A stretch of DNA of 64,000 bases from Candidatus Poseidoniales archaeon (GTDB lineage Archaea; Thermoplasmatota; Poseidoniia; MGIII; CG-Epi1). The DNA is taken from the NCBI GenBank assembly GCA_045567915.1, contig JBJLCA010000039.1, forward strand, positions 1,879 through 65,878, in the 5' to 3' direction. The position numbers were made by a program, and so were the translations under genes. Of the stretch, positions 37,662-47,776 are shown piece after piece. Position 1 is the stretch's first letter. The number at the start of each line of letters is the position of its first letter. The notes beneath the pieces are model-generated. The model saw only the letters and a list, made by a program, of their open reading frames with translations, had not been told where the DNA came from and did not search any database.

Positions 37662-40019
37662 ATGGAAATTAGTAAAGTTGCAGTGATTGGTGCTGGCTTA
37701 ATGGGTAGTGGTATTGCCGCACACATAGCAAATTCAGGTCTTCCAGTAACTTTATTGGATATCGTTCCAAAGGAAGCTACTAATCGTAATATCGTAGCTG
37801 AAACTGCAGTTAAGAGTATGTTGAAGCCAGTTAAAACAGGAAGTCCGACGCCTCTAATGCACAAGGATAATGTTAAATTAATAAAAACAGGTAATCTTGA
37901 AGATGATATTAATCTGATAAATGATGCAGATTTGATAATTGAAGTAGTCCTAGAAAGGCTTGACATAAAGCACGATGTGTTCAAAAAGATTGATAAACAC
38001 AGAAAGCCGGGTTCGATTGTAACTTCGAATACATCTACAATCCCAAGGGAAAAACTCGTAAGCGGAATGCCAGATTCATTCGCACAAGATTTTATGATTA
38101 CTCATTTTTTTAATCCACCAAGATATTTACGATTGCTAGAGATTGTAGCCGGCAAAGAAGTTAGTAAAAAGAAGATTGAAAAAATCGTTAAGTTTTGCGA
38201 TTTGAATCTTGGAAAAGAGGTTGTTATCTGTAATGATACTCCAGGATTTATAGGTAATCGAATAGGAACTTACTGGACACTTGTCGGAATGATTGAGGCC
38301 TTTAAGCTTGGTTTGACAGTCGAAGAAGCTGATGCTGTGATGGGCCGCCCTATCGGAGCTCCTAAAACAGGTATATTTGGTTTAGTTGACGTAGTAGGCT
38401 TAGATCTTATTCCTCATGTAACTGAGAGTATGTCTTCAAATCTTTCAATTGAGGATTTGTATAACGATGGAGTAAAAGAACAGGAAGCCTTAGGAATTGA
38501 TAAATTATTGCAGGAAATGATTGCTAGTGGATATACTGGAAGAAAAGGCAAAGGTGGATTCTACAGACTAAATACAGAAGGTGGTAAGAAAATTAAAGAA
38601 TCTCGTAATTTAGTATCTGGGAACTACAGCCCTTCCAATAGGCGAGTAGGGTTAGAGAGTGTAAAAGCAGCCAAAAAAGGCCTAAAAACCCTTGTTGAAT
38701 ATAATGATAAAGGCGGAAATTATGCATGGAAAGTACTGTCAAAGACTCTTTCATACGCAGCTTCACTTGTACCTGAAATAACTGATAATTTGGTAAATGT
38801 AGATTTAGCAATGAAAAATGGATTTCTATGGAAAAAAGGCCCGTTTGAAATGTTAGATGATTTAGGCCCTTCTTGGTTTGCCAGCAAAATTGAGGCTGAA
38901 GGTATGCAGGTTCCAGATTTGTTAAAGGTAGTTTCAGATGGTAAATTTTATGACGTAATTAGTGGCGAATTAAATTATCTTGGTGTGGGTGGAAAATACT
39001 CTAAAATACAAAAACCAAAAGGATATTTGAATACTAAAGATGTTAAGCTAGGTAAAGAACCTATTTTCAGAAATCCTTCAGCTAGTCTGTGGGACATGGA
39101 TGATGAAATACTTTTAGCTGAATTCCATAGTAAGATGAATTCTATGGATCCCTTAATCATGGAGGCTTTGTCTAAAGCTTCAGATTTATGTGAATCAGGA
39201 AATTTCAAAGGCCTTGTGGTAGGTAATGATGGTACTAATTTTTCAGCAGGGGCGAATTTAGGTTTATCAAGTTTTGTAACAAATGTAGGGGCTTGGGAAG
39301 AAGCTGAAAATTTTGTTCAAGGCGGTCAACTAGCTTTTATGATGTTGAAACACGGGAGTTTTCCAGTAGTGGGAGCTTCACATGGTTTAGCCATCGGAGG
39401 CGGCTGTGAGGTTTTACTCGCATGTGATGCAATACAAGCCCATGCAGAAAGTTACATTGGATTGGTGGAAGTAGGTGTAGGTCTTGTTCCAGCTTGGGGT
39501 GGATGTAAAGAGATGATTACTCGTTGGAATCAAGATCCAGATCAACCAAAGGGGCCAATGGCATCAATAATGAATATTTTCCAGAATGTTGGAACTGCAA
39601 AAGTAGCAACAAGTGCTCAAGAAGCTAAAGAAATGAAATTTTTAAGCCCAAAAGACCAAATAACTATGAATCGCGAACGTTTACTCCACGATGCAAAGGA
39701 ATTATGTATGAAAATGACAGATAACTATGAAGCTCCATCTCCAAAGGAACATTTTTTGCCTGGACCTTCAGGAAAAGCAGCTTTAGATTTAGCTGTGGAT
39801 GATTTGGTAAAAGCAGGCCATGCTACACCCCATGACGTTGTAGTAACTAAAGAATTGTCTCACATATTATCTGGAGGTGACACAGATCCAACTGAAACAG
39901 TGTCTGATGATAAACTACTTGAGATGGAAAGAGAGGGCATTCTTAGACTTATGAGAACCGAAGGGACAATGGATAGAGTTGAACATATGTTGACAACAGG
40001 GAGACCGTTGAGGAATTAA
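37662..40019 (+). CDS. bifunctional 3-hydroxyacyl-CoA dehydrogenase / enoyl-CoA hydratase (FadN-type order: HCDH N-terminal, crotonase C-terminal)
   Basis: N-terminal Rossmann VIGAGLMGSGIAAHIA (3HCDH). C-terminal crotonase fold with GLAIGGGCEVLLACD. 785 aa. Confidence 0.85.
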   Translation: MEISKVAVIGAGLMGSGIAAHIANSGLPVTLLDIVPKEATNRNIVAETAVKSMLKPVKTGSPTPLMHKDNVKLIKTGNLEDDINLINDADLIIEVVLERLDIKHDVFKKIDKHRKPGSIVTSNTSTIPREKLVSGMPDSFAQDFMITHFFNPPRYLRLLEIVAGKEVSKKKIEKIVKFCDLNLGKEVVICNDTPGFIGNRIGTYWTLVGMIEAFKLGLTVEEADAVMGRPIGAPKTGIFGLVDVVGLDLIPHVTESMSSNLSIEDLYNDGVKEQEALGIDKLLQEMIASGYTGRKGKGGFYRLNTEGGKKIKESRNLVSGNYSPSNRRVGLESVKAAKKGLKTLVEYNDKGGNYAWKVLSKTLSYAASLVPEITDNLVNVDLAMKNGFLWKKGPFEMLDDLGPSWFASKIEAEGMQVPDLLKVVSDGKFYDVISGELNYLGVGGKYSKIQKPKGYLNTKDVKLGKEPIFRNPSASLWDMDDEILLAEFHSKMNSMDPLIMEALSKASDLCESGNFKGLVVGNDGTNFSAGANLGLSSFVTNVGAWEEAENFVQGGQLAFMMLKHGSFPVVGASHGLAIGGGCEVLLACDAIQAHAESYIGLVEVGVGLVPAWGGCKEMITRWNQDPDQPKGPMASIMNIFQNVGTAKVATSAQEAKEMKFLSPKDQITMNRERLLHDAKELCMKMTDNYEAPSPKEHFLPGPSGKAALDLAVDDLVKAGHATPHDVVVTKELSHILSGGDTDPTETVSDDKLLEMEREGILRLMRTEGTMDRVEHMLTTGRPLRN

Positions 40020-40020
40020 T

Positions 40021-41832
40021 ATGGTAAAATACAAAGCACCTCTTAGAGAATATGAATTCATATTGCGTGAAGTATTAGATATTGAGAAAGAGTTAGGATC
40101 TTATCCTGAATATAGCGAAGCTACGTGGGACATGATTGAGATGGTTAGTGAGCAATTTGCAAAGATAAATGAGGATTACTGGCTTCCTTCAGCAAAAGAG
40201 GGGGATGAAGTAGGTGTCAAGTTTGACAATGGCAATGTGATTGTGCCAGATTCAATGAAAGAGGCCACAAAAATTGTTATTGAAGGAGGACTAACACAGC
40301 TGTTTGGACATCAGGAATATGGTGGAATGGAGTTTCCAAATGTAATTAGCGTATTGTCCGATGAAATGTCATGCGCAGCTAACATGTCACTTGGTATATA
40401 TTTGGGATTAACTAAAGGAGCATATCACTGTATTCATAAGCACGGAAGCGAAGAGATTAGGCAAAGATATCTTCCTAAGTTTTTATCTGGTGAATGGTTT
40501 GGAACAATGTGTCTGACTGAAGCCCATTGTGGTACCGATTTGGGATTAATTCGAACAACAGCTACACCAGATGGAGATAGATATTCAGTAAGTGGTCAAA
40601 AAATTTTCATATCTTGCGGCGAGCATGATATGGCTGAGAACATAATACATTTGGTTCTTGCGAGACTGCCAGACGCTCCCAAAGGAGTTAAAGGAATTAG
40701 CCTTTTCTTAATTCCTAAATATAAAGTAAATGAAGATGGAACGTTAGGTGATCATAACAACGTGAATTGTGTGTCTATTGAAGAAAAAATGGGAGTTCAC
40801 GGCTCTGCAACTTGTGTAATGAGTTTTGAAGGTTCTGAGGGCTATTTAATTGGAGAACTTAATGAAGGTCTTGCAGCGATGTTTTCAATGATGAATACTG
40901 AAAGAATAGCAGTTGGTTTACAGGGTTTAGGGCAGGCTGAGATTGCATATCAAAATGCATTAGCATATGCAAAGGATAGAATCCAAGGGAGAGACCTTAA
41001 AGGGCCTAAAAATCCAGACGACGAAGCTGATCCGTTAATAGTTCATCCAGATATTAGGCGTATGTTAATGCGTTCTAAGGCGCTAATTGACTCAGGTAGG
41101 ATGCTAGCCAGTTGGACTGCATTGTCAATTGATAAATCTGAAAAAGATCCTGATGCTAAAGTTCGTAAAGAGCATAATGATTTAGTTGAATTGATGACTC
41201 CGATAATCAAGGCTCTGCTGACAGATTACGGTGTTGAAATTACTTCAGAAATGATGCAAGTTTTCGGTGGTCATGGATATATCAAAGAATATGGGATGGA
41301 ACAATTTTACCGTGATGTTCGAATTGCACCAATATGGGAAGGGACCAATGGTATTCAGGCTCTTGACTTAGCAGGAAGAAAGATGCCCCAACACATGGGT
41401 CGATTACTTAGGAGGTTTTTCCATCCAGCATTAGAATTTATAGATGATAACAAGGACGATGACAATATGAAAGAATTTGTTGAACCTTTTGGAAAGGCAC
41501 TAAAAGGTTTGCAAAAGACTACCTTGTATATGGCCCAGAAAGGTCTATCGAATCCATATGAGATTGGAGCTGCAGCAACGGATTATTTGAGGCAATTTGG
41601 TTTAGTGGCAATGGGTTACATGTGGCTATTGATGTTAAAAGTTGCTTATGCGAAAAAAGATACTGATTCATATTATGAGCATAAAATAATAACAGCTCGT
41701 TTTTTCTTCGAGAGAATATTGCCAGAGACATTATCTAGAGCAATAGCTATTGGTTCAGGATCAAAAACTATGATGTCATTACCTGATGAAGGATTTGATA
41801 GTGTTCACAAATTTACCGGAGCTGCTAATTAA
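40021..41832 (+). CDS. acyl-CoA dehydrogenase (long FadE-like form with extra C-terminal domain)
   Basis: ACAD motifs MCLTEAHCGTDLG and GGHGYIKEYGMEQFYRD. 603 aa. Confidence 0.85.
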   Translation: MVKYKAPLREYEFILREVLDIEKELGSYPEYSEATWDMIEMVSEQFAKINEDYWLPSAKEGDEVGVKFDNGNVIVPDSMKEATKIVIEGGLTQLFGHQEYGGMEFPNVISVLSDEMSCAANMSLGIYLGLTKGAYHCIHKHGSEEIRQRYLPKFLSGEWFGTMCLTEAHCGTDLGLIRTTATPDGDRYSVSGQKIFISCGEHDMAENIIHLVLARLPDAPKGVKGISLFLIPKYKVNEDGTLGDHNNVNCVSIEEKMGVHGSATCVMSFEGSEGYLIGELNEGLAAMFSMMNTERIAVGLQGLGQAEIAYQNALAYAKDRIQGRDLKGPKNPDDEADPLIVHPDIRRMLMRSKALIDSGRMLASWTALSIDKSEKDPDAKVRKEHNDLVELMTPIIKALLTDYGVEITSEMMQVFGGHGYIKEYGMEQFYRDVRIAPIWEGTNGIQALDLAGRKMPQHMGRLLRRFFHPALEFIDDNKDDDNMKEFVEPFGKALKGLQKTTLYMAQKGLSNPYEIGAAATDYLRQFGLVAMGYMWLLMLKVAYAKKDTDSYYEHKIITARFFFERILPETLSRAIAIGSGSKTMMSLPDEGFDSVHKFTGAAN

Positions 41833-42657
41833 ATGGCTAACGAGAGTATTTTCAAACAAGATATCTTTGAAGGCAAAAAAGTATTCATAACAGGCGGTGC
41901 AACAGGCATGGGATTAGGATTTGCTAAATCTTTTTTAGAACATGGTGCTGAAGTAATTATTGCTTCCAGAAAAGAAGATAACTTACGTTTAGCTTCAGAA
42001 GAAGCTGAAAAGGAGACCGGTAAGAAGTTAATATGGAAAGTTATGGATGTTCGTGATAATGGTAGTGTAGAGAAAGTAGCTGATTACATCAAATCTGAAT
42101 GGGGTAATTTAGATATTTTAGTAAATAATGCCGCAGGTAATTTTCTTTCTCCAGTATCTAACATGAGTGAAAATGCTTGGAGAGCTGTAGTAGATATCGT
42201 GCTGGATGGTACTTTTAGAGTATCTAAGGCTTGCTACCCACTTCTTAGAAAAGCGCCATCAGCATCTGTGGTTAATATAATAGCAAATTATGCTTGGAAT
42301 GCAGCCCCCTATGTAGGTCATTCAGGAGCTGCAAAAGCAGGAGTTTTGAATCTGACAAGAACTTTGGCATTGGAATGGGCTAGTGACAATATTCGCGTCA
42401 ATGCTTTTTGTCCCGGAGTAGTTCTTACAGAGAATGTTAAGAGTAATTTAATGCTTGATGAAGATACTGCTAAACTGTTTGAAAATTATATTCCGTTGGG
42501 TGGAGTAACCGATTCAAATAAGATGGCTCAGCAAGTTCTATATCTTTGTTCTTCAGCTGCAGATGTTATAACTGGAGATATGTTGATTGCAGATGGAGGG
42601 CAGTGGTTAGTAGGAAATGCTTTTTATCATGCAGGGAAACAATTTCTAGATGGGTGA
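41833..42657 (+). CDS. SDR-family oxidoreductase (2,4-dienoyl-CoA reductase-like)
   Basis: TGGATGMGLG cofactor motif and YVGHSGAAK (YxxxK). Sits in the beta-oxidation operon. The DECR assignment is inferred from context and similarity of motifs. Confidence 0.65.
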   Translation: MANESIFKQDIFEGKKVFITGGATGMGLGFAKSFLEHGAEVIIASRKEDNLRLASEEAEKETGKKLIWKVMDVRDNGSVEKVADYIKSEWGNLDILVNNAAGNFLSPVSNMSENAWRAVVDIVLDGTFRVSKACYPLLRKAPSASVVNIIANYAWNAAPYVGHSGAAKAGVLNLTRTLALEWASDNIRVNAFCPGVVLTENVKSNLMLDEDTAKLFENYIPLGGVTDSNKMAQQVLYLCSSAADVITGDMLIADGGQWLVGNAFYHAGKQFLDG

Positions 42658-43087
42658 TTCCAAATCGATTATCACAAAAATCCCAGTTTTGTGGGGAGAT
42701 ATGGATGGGTTTGGACATGTTAATAACATAATATATCTAAAATGGTGTGAAACTTCAAGGATAGAACTATTTCGAAGTATATGGAATTATAAAATAGGAA
42801 ATATGGAAGAGGTGTTGGAAAGAGGAGGCGTAGGTCCGATATTAGCTAATTTTAATATGGACTATAAGTATCCTGTCAAATATCCTGACGAAATAAGAAT
42901 TGAAACTTATTTGACACACATTGGTAATTCATCAATGGGCATTGGCCATGAACTTTTTAGCCAGAATACTGATAAATTAGTTGCTAAGGCAAATAGCGTA
43001 ATTGTTATGCTAAATTATGTTTCAAATGATAAAGTTATCATTAGCGATAAAGATCGGGAAATTTTGTCTCAGTATCTAAGAACATAG
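42650..43087 (+). CDS. hotdog-fold acyl-CoA thioesterase (YbgC/4HBT-like)
   Basis: VLWGDMDGFGHVNNIIYLKWCE is typical of 4HBT-family thioesterases. 145 aa. Confidence 0.7.
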   Translation: MGDSKSIITKIPVLWGDMDGFGHVNNIIYLKWCETSRIELFRSIWNYKIGNMEEVLERGGVGPILANFNMDYKYPVKYPDEIRIETYLTHIGNSSMGIGHELFSQNTDKLVAKANSVIVMLNYVSNDKVIISDKDREILSQYLRT

Positions 43088-43101
43088 TATTGGGAAAAAT
43101 A

Positions 43102-43179
43102 TGGTGGGCCCGATCGGATTTGAACCGATGGCCTCCCGGTTATCAGCCGGGTGCTCCAACCAGGCTAAGCTACGGGCCC
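43102..43179 (-). tRNA. tRNA-Ile (anticodon GAT)
   Basis: Reverse complement GGGCCCGTAGCTTAGCCTGGTTGGAGCACCCGGCTGATAACCGGGAGGCCATCGGTTCAAATCCGATCGGGCCCACCA is a perfect cloverleaf. Anticodon loop CTGATAA. CCA encoded. Confidence 0.85.
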
Positions 43180-43257
43180 AATTATTTTGCTACCGGACTA
43201 GGGGATTTAATATTGCACTTGTGTTTCGTTCGCCTTGTATTTTTTTATAAAATCCTA

Positions 43258-43276
43258 GCTTAAATATTTATAGGCC
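43258..43276 (+). promoter_or_regulatory. putative TATA/BRE for the A-type ATP synthase operon
   Basis: ttaaatatttatagg lies ~40 nt upstream of the atpH ATG (43310). Upstream of that is tttttataaaat. Confidence 0.3.
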
Positions 43277-43309
43277 TTTTTTACTGATACTTCACCAATT
43301 GATTTAACC

Positions 43310-43633
43310 ATGTCCAGAGAAGCCTTATTGGAGAAGATTAAGAAAGCTGAAGCTGCAGCTGCTAGTGATATCGAAGCTGCTGAGAAGGAACAAGTTTCTG
43401 CAAGAAATAAAGTACCTATAGATCAAGATAATTTGATGAAGAAAGCCAAGGATTCAGCTGTATCAAAATCTCAAAAAGAGATTGATGCCGCAAAAGCTGA
43501 GGTTGAATCTCAAAAGAGTGCAATTCTCAAAAAAGGTAAAAAAAGTAATTCGGATATGAAAAAGAAGGCTGATGGTAAAGTAGATGCAGCAGCAGATAAG
43601 TTTATCGAAGAGTTTTTGGAGAGTCTATCTTAA
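43310..43633 (+). CDS. atpH: A-type ATP synthase subunit H
   Basis: 107-aa charged helical protein (K/A/E-rich) at the head of the atpHIKECFABD operon. Confidence 0.7.
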   Translation: MSREALLEKIKKAEAAAASDIEAAEKEQVSARNKVPIDQDNLMKKAKDSAVSKSQKEIDAAKAEVESQKSAILKKGKKSNSDMKKKADGKVDAAADKFIEEFLESLS

Positions 43634-45588
43634 TGCTAAAGTCTGAAAAAATGTCAAGAATGACCATAAGTGGTCATAAAAAGGATTTAGCAGATTTATC
43701 AAAGTTACTAAACGATCAAAATTTAGTTCATGTTGTTGAGTATAATAATGAGGATGAAGGTTTTGGTATAGGTACATCTTTAGACTATGGAGAGCAATCT
43801 TCAGATTTTTTGGTTAAATTACGATCAGTTATCAAATTATTAGAAGTTGAACCTAATCCGCCTAGTAATGTTAAGCTAGATTCTGAAATAGAATCTGAAA
43901 TATCTGAGTTAGAAGCAATAATCTCACAAACTCACGAGCTAAAAGATAAACAACGAGATTGTGACAGGAGAATTGATGAAGTTAGTAGTAGCATTGATCA
44001 ACTTAAAGAGTTTGAAGATTTTGATATAGATGTCAAGTATCTTTCAGGTTATTCTAGTATTACTGTGTTTGCAGGTCATCTTTCACCTGATGCAGATGTT
44101 TCAGGCCTAAGTTCTAATAATAATATAGACTTTGTTAAAAATGGCGATAATATAGTTGTTTTCTGTGCAAATGAAATTTCATCAGATATTGAAAAAGATT
44201 TACTGAAAATAGGTTTCAGATCTATGGACGTCCCAAATGGCGAAGGTTTACCAAAAGTAATGCTAAATACGCTAGATGGTCAACTTCTGAAGTTAGAAAA
44301 CGAAAAGGAAGCTATTTTACATGAAATTCAGGCTTTATCTACTCGAAACGGAGACTGGTTAGTTGCTTGCGAAGAACATTATGCAGCTCTTTCTGAGAAA
44401 TCAGGCCTTCCTCTTAAGTTAGCTACTTCTGAAAATATGTTTGTATTGGATGGCTGGGTTCCTTCAGGTTCAGTTTCAGATTTACAACAATCTCTGCAAG
44501 GTTTGGACATCTATTATGAGGTAGATAATGATTCTAAAGAGGAACCTCCAATCAAGTTAGATAATCCCGAGGTTGCCAAGCCTTTCGAATTATTTACAAA
44601 GTTGTACAGTACTCCTAAGCATTGGGAATTTGATCCTACGATGATTATTTTCATCACTTATCCCTTATTCTTCGGTTTGATGGTAGGAGATGCAGGTTAT
44701 GGTTTCGCATACATTTTATTCGGTCATTACATACTATCTAAATTTGCACATAATGAAGCTCTAGCTAACTTAGGTAAGATATTGAGAACTGCAGGTATCT
44801 ACACCTTTTTGTTTGGTACTTTCATTTATGCAGAAGCTTTTGGTCAATCCTTCTATAATATTGGAAACACACTTGGCTACACTTCAGCGTTATTTGCAAA
44901 GCATTATGGACCTGGTTTTGACATACCCTTGATTGAAAAGGCAGAAGGTTTCAGCTGGCATCTTCCTATACACAAGTTTGATCCACATGGTGCACAATTA
45001 ATGCTTTTATCTTCAATATTGATTGGCGTTATTCATATTTCTTTAGGTTTAATCCTAGGATTTTTGAACGAATGGAAACATCATGATTTGAAACATGCAG
45101 TTTATGCAAAGTTATCTTTTTTCATGATTCTTTGGGGAGGTCTACTTTCACTTGTTTCTTTGGTTGGTTTGTTACCTGAATCGTTTCAAACCATTGGTTT
45201 AGTTGTTATGCTTACAGGTTTAGGTTTGGCAATAATAGGAGAAGGCGTAGTTGGGCTTTTAGAATTTCCAACAATTTTCTCGAATGTTATTTCATATGCT
45301 CGTATAGGTGCCATTGGTCTCAGTGACTATGGTTTAGCTTATACTGTAAACTTTATCTCATTTTCTCTTCTCTGGCCATCAGGTCCAGCAGGCATAATTG
45401 CTGCAGTCTTTGTAATGTTAATCGGACATTTGACTGTATTTACACTTGGTATTATTGGAACCGGAATTAACTCACTAAGGTTACAATATGTTGAATTCTT
45501 TACAAAATTTGTGCAGGGTGGGGGCACGCTTTACAGTCCTTTCGGTTATATACGAAAGTATACAAAAGAAAAAGAGGTAACACCATGA
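43633..45588 (+). CDS. atpI: A-type ATP synthase subunit I (membrane stator a-subunit)
   Basis: ~300-aa soluble N-terminal coiled-coil domain, then 7-8 TM helices including the conserved Arg-containing helix (LEFPTIFSNVISYARIGAIGL). Confidence 0.85.
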   Translation: MLKSEKMSRMTISGHKKDLADLSKLLNDQNLVHVVEYNNEDEGFGIGTSLDYGEQSSDFLVKLRSVIKLLEVEPNPPSNVKLDSEIESEISELEAIISQTHELKDKQRDCDRRIDEVSSSIDQLKEFEDFDIDVKYLSGYSSITVFAGHLSPDADVSGLSSNNNIDFVKNGDNIVVFCANEISSDIEKDLLKIGFRSMDVPNGEGLPKVMLNTLDGQLLKLENEKEAILHEIQALSTRNGDWLVACEEHYAALSEKSGLPLKLATSENMFVLDGWVPSGSVSDLQQSLQGLDIYYEVDNDSKEEPPIKLDNPEVAKPFELFTKLYSTPKHWEFDPTMIIFITYPLFFGLMVGDAGYGFAYILFGHYILSKFAHNEALANLGKILRTAGIYTFLFGTFIYAEAFGQSFYNIGNTLGYTSALFAKHYGPGFDIPLIEKAEGFSWHLPIHKFDPHGAQLMLLSSILIGVIHISLGLILGFLNEWKHHDLKHAVYAKLSFFMILWGGLLSLVSLVGLLPESFQTIGLVVMLTGLGLAIIGEGVVGLLEFPTIFSNVISYARIGAIGLSDYGLAYTVNFISFSLLWPSGPAGIIAAVFVMLIGHLTVFTLGIIGTGINSLRLQYVEFFTKFVQGGGTLYSPFGYIRKYTKEKEVTP

Positions 45589-45923
45589 ACGGGAAAAAAA
45601 ACCTATACATTTTGGCAGCAGTGTTCTTTGTAGCATTGTTGACCACGCCAGTAGTAAGTGCTGAAGAGCACGCAGACAACGAAGAAACGGTCAAGGCCGC
45701 AGAAGCAACTTCCAAAGGGTACATTGCTATAGGAGCAGCTCTAGCAGTTGGTTTAGCAGGTATTGGAACCGGTTTAGCACAGAGTAACATTGGTTCAGCT
45801 GCAATTGGAGCAGTTGCTGAAGATGATAAGAACTTTACAAATGGTCTTATCTTTACAGCTATTCCTGAAACAATTGTTATTTTTGGTCTAGTTATTTCAG
45901 CATTAATCATTTTCGTGTTGTAA
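45585..45923 (+). CDS. atpK: A-type ATP synthase proteolipid subunit K (c), single hairpin, with N-terminal extension
   Basis: Two TM helices: helix 1 GIGTGLAQSNIGSAAIG, helix 2 FTAIPETIVIFGLVISALII with the carboxylate E. ATGA overlap with atpI. GAGGT Shine-Dalgarno. Confidence 0.85.
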   Translation: MNGKKNLYILAAVFFVALLTTPVVSAEEHADNEETVKAAEATSKGYIAIGAALAVGLAGIGTGLAQSNIGSAAIGAVAEDDKNFTNGLIFTAIPETIVIFGLVISALIIFVL

Positions 45924-45924
45924 A

Positions 45925-46467
45925 ATGGGTCTTGAGGAAATTCTCAAGCAGGTTGAAGAGACCGGCAAAGAGAAAGCTGCAGCCATACGCAAAGAGACCG
46001 TTGAAGAGGTTGAGAATAAGATGAAAGAGGCTACAAGTGAGTCTAAAGATTTGGTTTCTCAAATTGAATCGGGTACGTCTAGACGTATAGAGCAGCTAAA
46101 ACAGCAAGAGATTCCAGCTGCAGAGTTAGAGGTAAAAAGAAGTCTATTAGAGATGCAAAAAGATTTACTTTCTCAGACAAAGTCCAGAGTTATGGAAAAA
46201 TTAGAAGGTTTAAGTTCTAAAGAGCTTGAAAAGATATATTCTAATTTATTAACGAAGGTGCCTAAAGAAGGTAAGTTATTTTGCAGAAAAGAGGATAAAG
46301 CTACATTCAAGAAAATTAGTAAGTTATCCAATGGTGGTACCATTGACGACTTAGGTTTTCTAGTAGAAGCTGGCGAATATCGGTTAGATTTCAGATTCTC
46401 AACATTGGTGGACTCATCCTGGCAGAATCATCTGTCAATGGTAAGTGAGGTATTGTTTACCAAATGA
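45925..46467 (+). CDS. atpE: A-type ATP synthase subunit E
   Basis: 180-aa coiled-coil N-terminus plus globular C-terminus. Operon position. Confidence 0.75.
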   Translation: MGLEEILKQVEETGKEKAAAIRKETVEEVENKMKEATSESKDLVSQIESGTSRRIEQLKQQEIPAAELEVKRSLLEMQKDLLSQTKSRVMEKLEGLSSKELEKIYSNLLTKVPKEGKLFCRKEDKATFKKISKLSNGGTIDDLGFLVEAGEYRLDFRFSTLVDSSWQNHLSMVSEVLFTK

Positions 46468-47477
46468 GTAATTATGCTTACGTAGCCACACGAGCTAGGT
46501 CTCGTCGTTCTCGTCTTCTTCCAGCTGAAGCATATAATCAGTTGTTAAATCTTGAACATGCAGAAATTGCAAGGTACATTCAAGATTTAGAGTATAGAAG
46601 AGAAATAGATAGGTACGGTTCCACTTTGAGTGGGGCTGATCTTATTGAAACAGCTTTAGTGGATAATTTAGCTAAAGATGTTGGCGACTTTTTGAGTTTT
46701 AGCAAAGGAAAGCTACGTGACATATTACACGTTTATGCAGAGAAATATCGTGTCGATAATTTGAAGAATATAATAAGGGGTATTAATCAGAATATGGATA
46801 AGACAAATTTAGAACGTCTTGTTTGTCCAATAAATGATTCAGACAAAGATCTTTACAATAAATTATATGATTCAAAAACAGTAGAAGATGTGATAGCTTC
46901 GTTAGAAGGTACTGCATATTTCAATCCACTGAAAAAAGCATTAGAGTCTCGTAATTCAGACAGTTTACAACCTCTTGAAGATGCCCTTGATTTGATATAC
47001 TATAGGAATTTAGTTTCAAATCAGCCTTCAGGTGGTGCAGATGTTGAAGTTTATCGTAACTTTATACACCTAAAAGTAGACATAGCTAATATCAAAACGC
47101 TTTTAAGAATGAGACATCGAGGAATTAGTGCTCACAACGAATTATTGATTAATGGAGGCTCCATAAGTATTGATTTATTGTCTAGTACTCAGTCTTTAGA
47201 TGATTTACTGACTTCACTTGAAGGTACCAAGTATTTTGAGTTACTCGAACCTCATTTGCAAAAAGATTCAGTAGATTTGAATTCTTGTGTACATTCATTA
47301 GATGAACATATGGCAAACAAGACAAAAAGATTTTCATATCTTTATCCTTTATCAGTTCTACCCGTTCTAGATTATTTACTGAAAAAGGAAAGAGAAGTGT
47401 ACAATCTTCGAGCAATTGTCAGAGGTAAGCAAGCCGGTCTTTCGAATGAAATTATTGAGGAGTTGGTGGTAGTCTAA
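46464..47477 (+). CDS. atpC: A-type ATP synthase subunit C (d-subunit homologue)
   Basis: 337-aa all-helical protein in the operon slot for subunit C. Confidence 0.75.
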   Translation: MSNYAYVATRARSRRSRLLPAEAYNQLLNLEHAEIARYIQDLEYRREIDRYGSTLSGADLIETALVDNLAKDVGDFLSFSKGKLRDILHVYAEKYRVDNLKNIIRGINQNMDKTNLERLVCPINDSDKDLYNKLYDSKTVEDVIASLEGTAYFNPLKKALESRNSDSLQPLEDALDLIYYRNLVSNQPSGGADVEVYRNFIHLKVDIANIKTLLRMRHRGISAHNELLINGGSISIDLLSSTQSLDDLLTSLEGTKYFELLEPHLQKDSVDLNSCVHSLDEHMANKTKRFSYLYPLSVLPVLDYLLKKEREVYNLRAIVRGKQAGLSNEIIEELVVV

Positions 47478-47776
47478 TGGAGATTGCAGTAGTTGGAGAT
47501 GATTTGTTTACAATTGGTTTTAGACTAGTTGGTATAGAAAAGTGGTTCAATGTAAGTGGTGATGTAAGTGTAGATGAAGCAGTAAAATCTGCTTTAAGTG
47601 ATAAGGGAATAGGAGTGATTGTTATTCATGATAAGAATTGGAAGGAATTAGAACCTTCCTTAAGAAAAAAACTAAGCAATAGCGTGAAACCAACGGTAAT
47701 AGCCATTGGTTCTGAAGTTGATCAAGGTCTTAGGGACCGTATCAAAACCGCTGTAGGAGTTGACCTATGGAAATAA
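47477..47776 (+). CDS. atpF: A-type ATP synthase subunit F
   Basis: 99 aa, [20 protein letters not shown] is typical of V/A-type F subunits. Confidence 0.8.
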   Translation: MEIAVVGDDLFTIGFRLVGIEKWFNVSGDVSVDEAVKSALSDKGIGVIVIHDKNWKELEPSLRKKLSNSVKPTVIAIGSEVDQGLRDRIKTAVGVDLWK

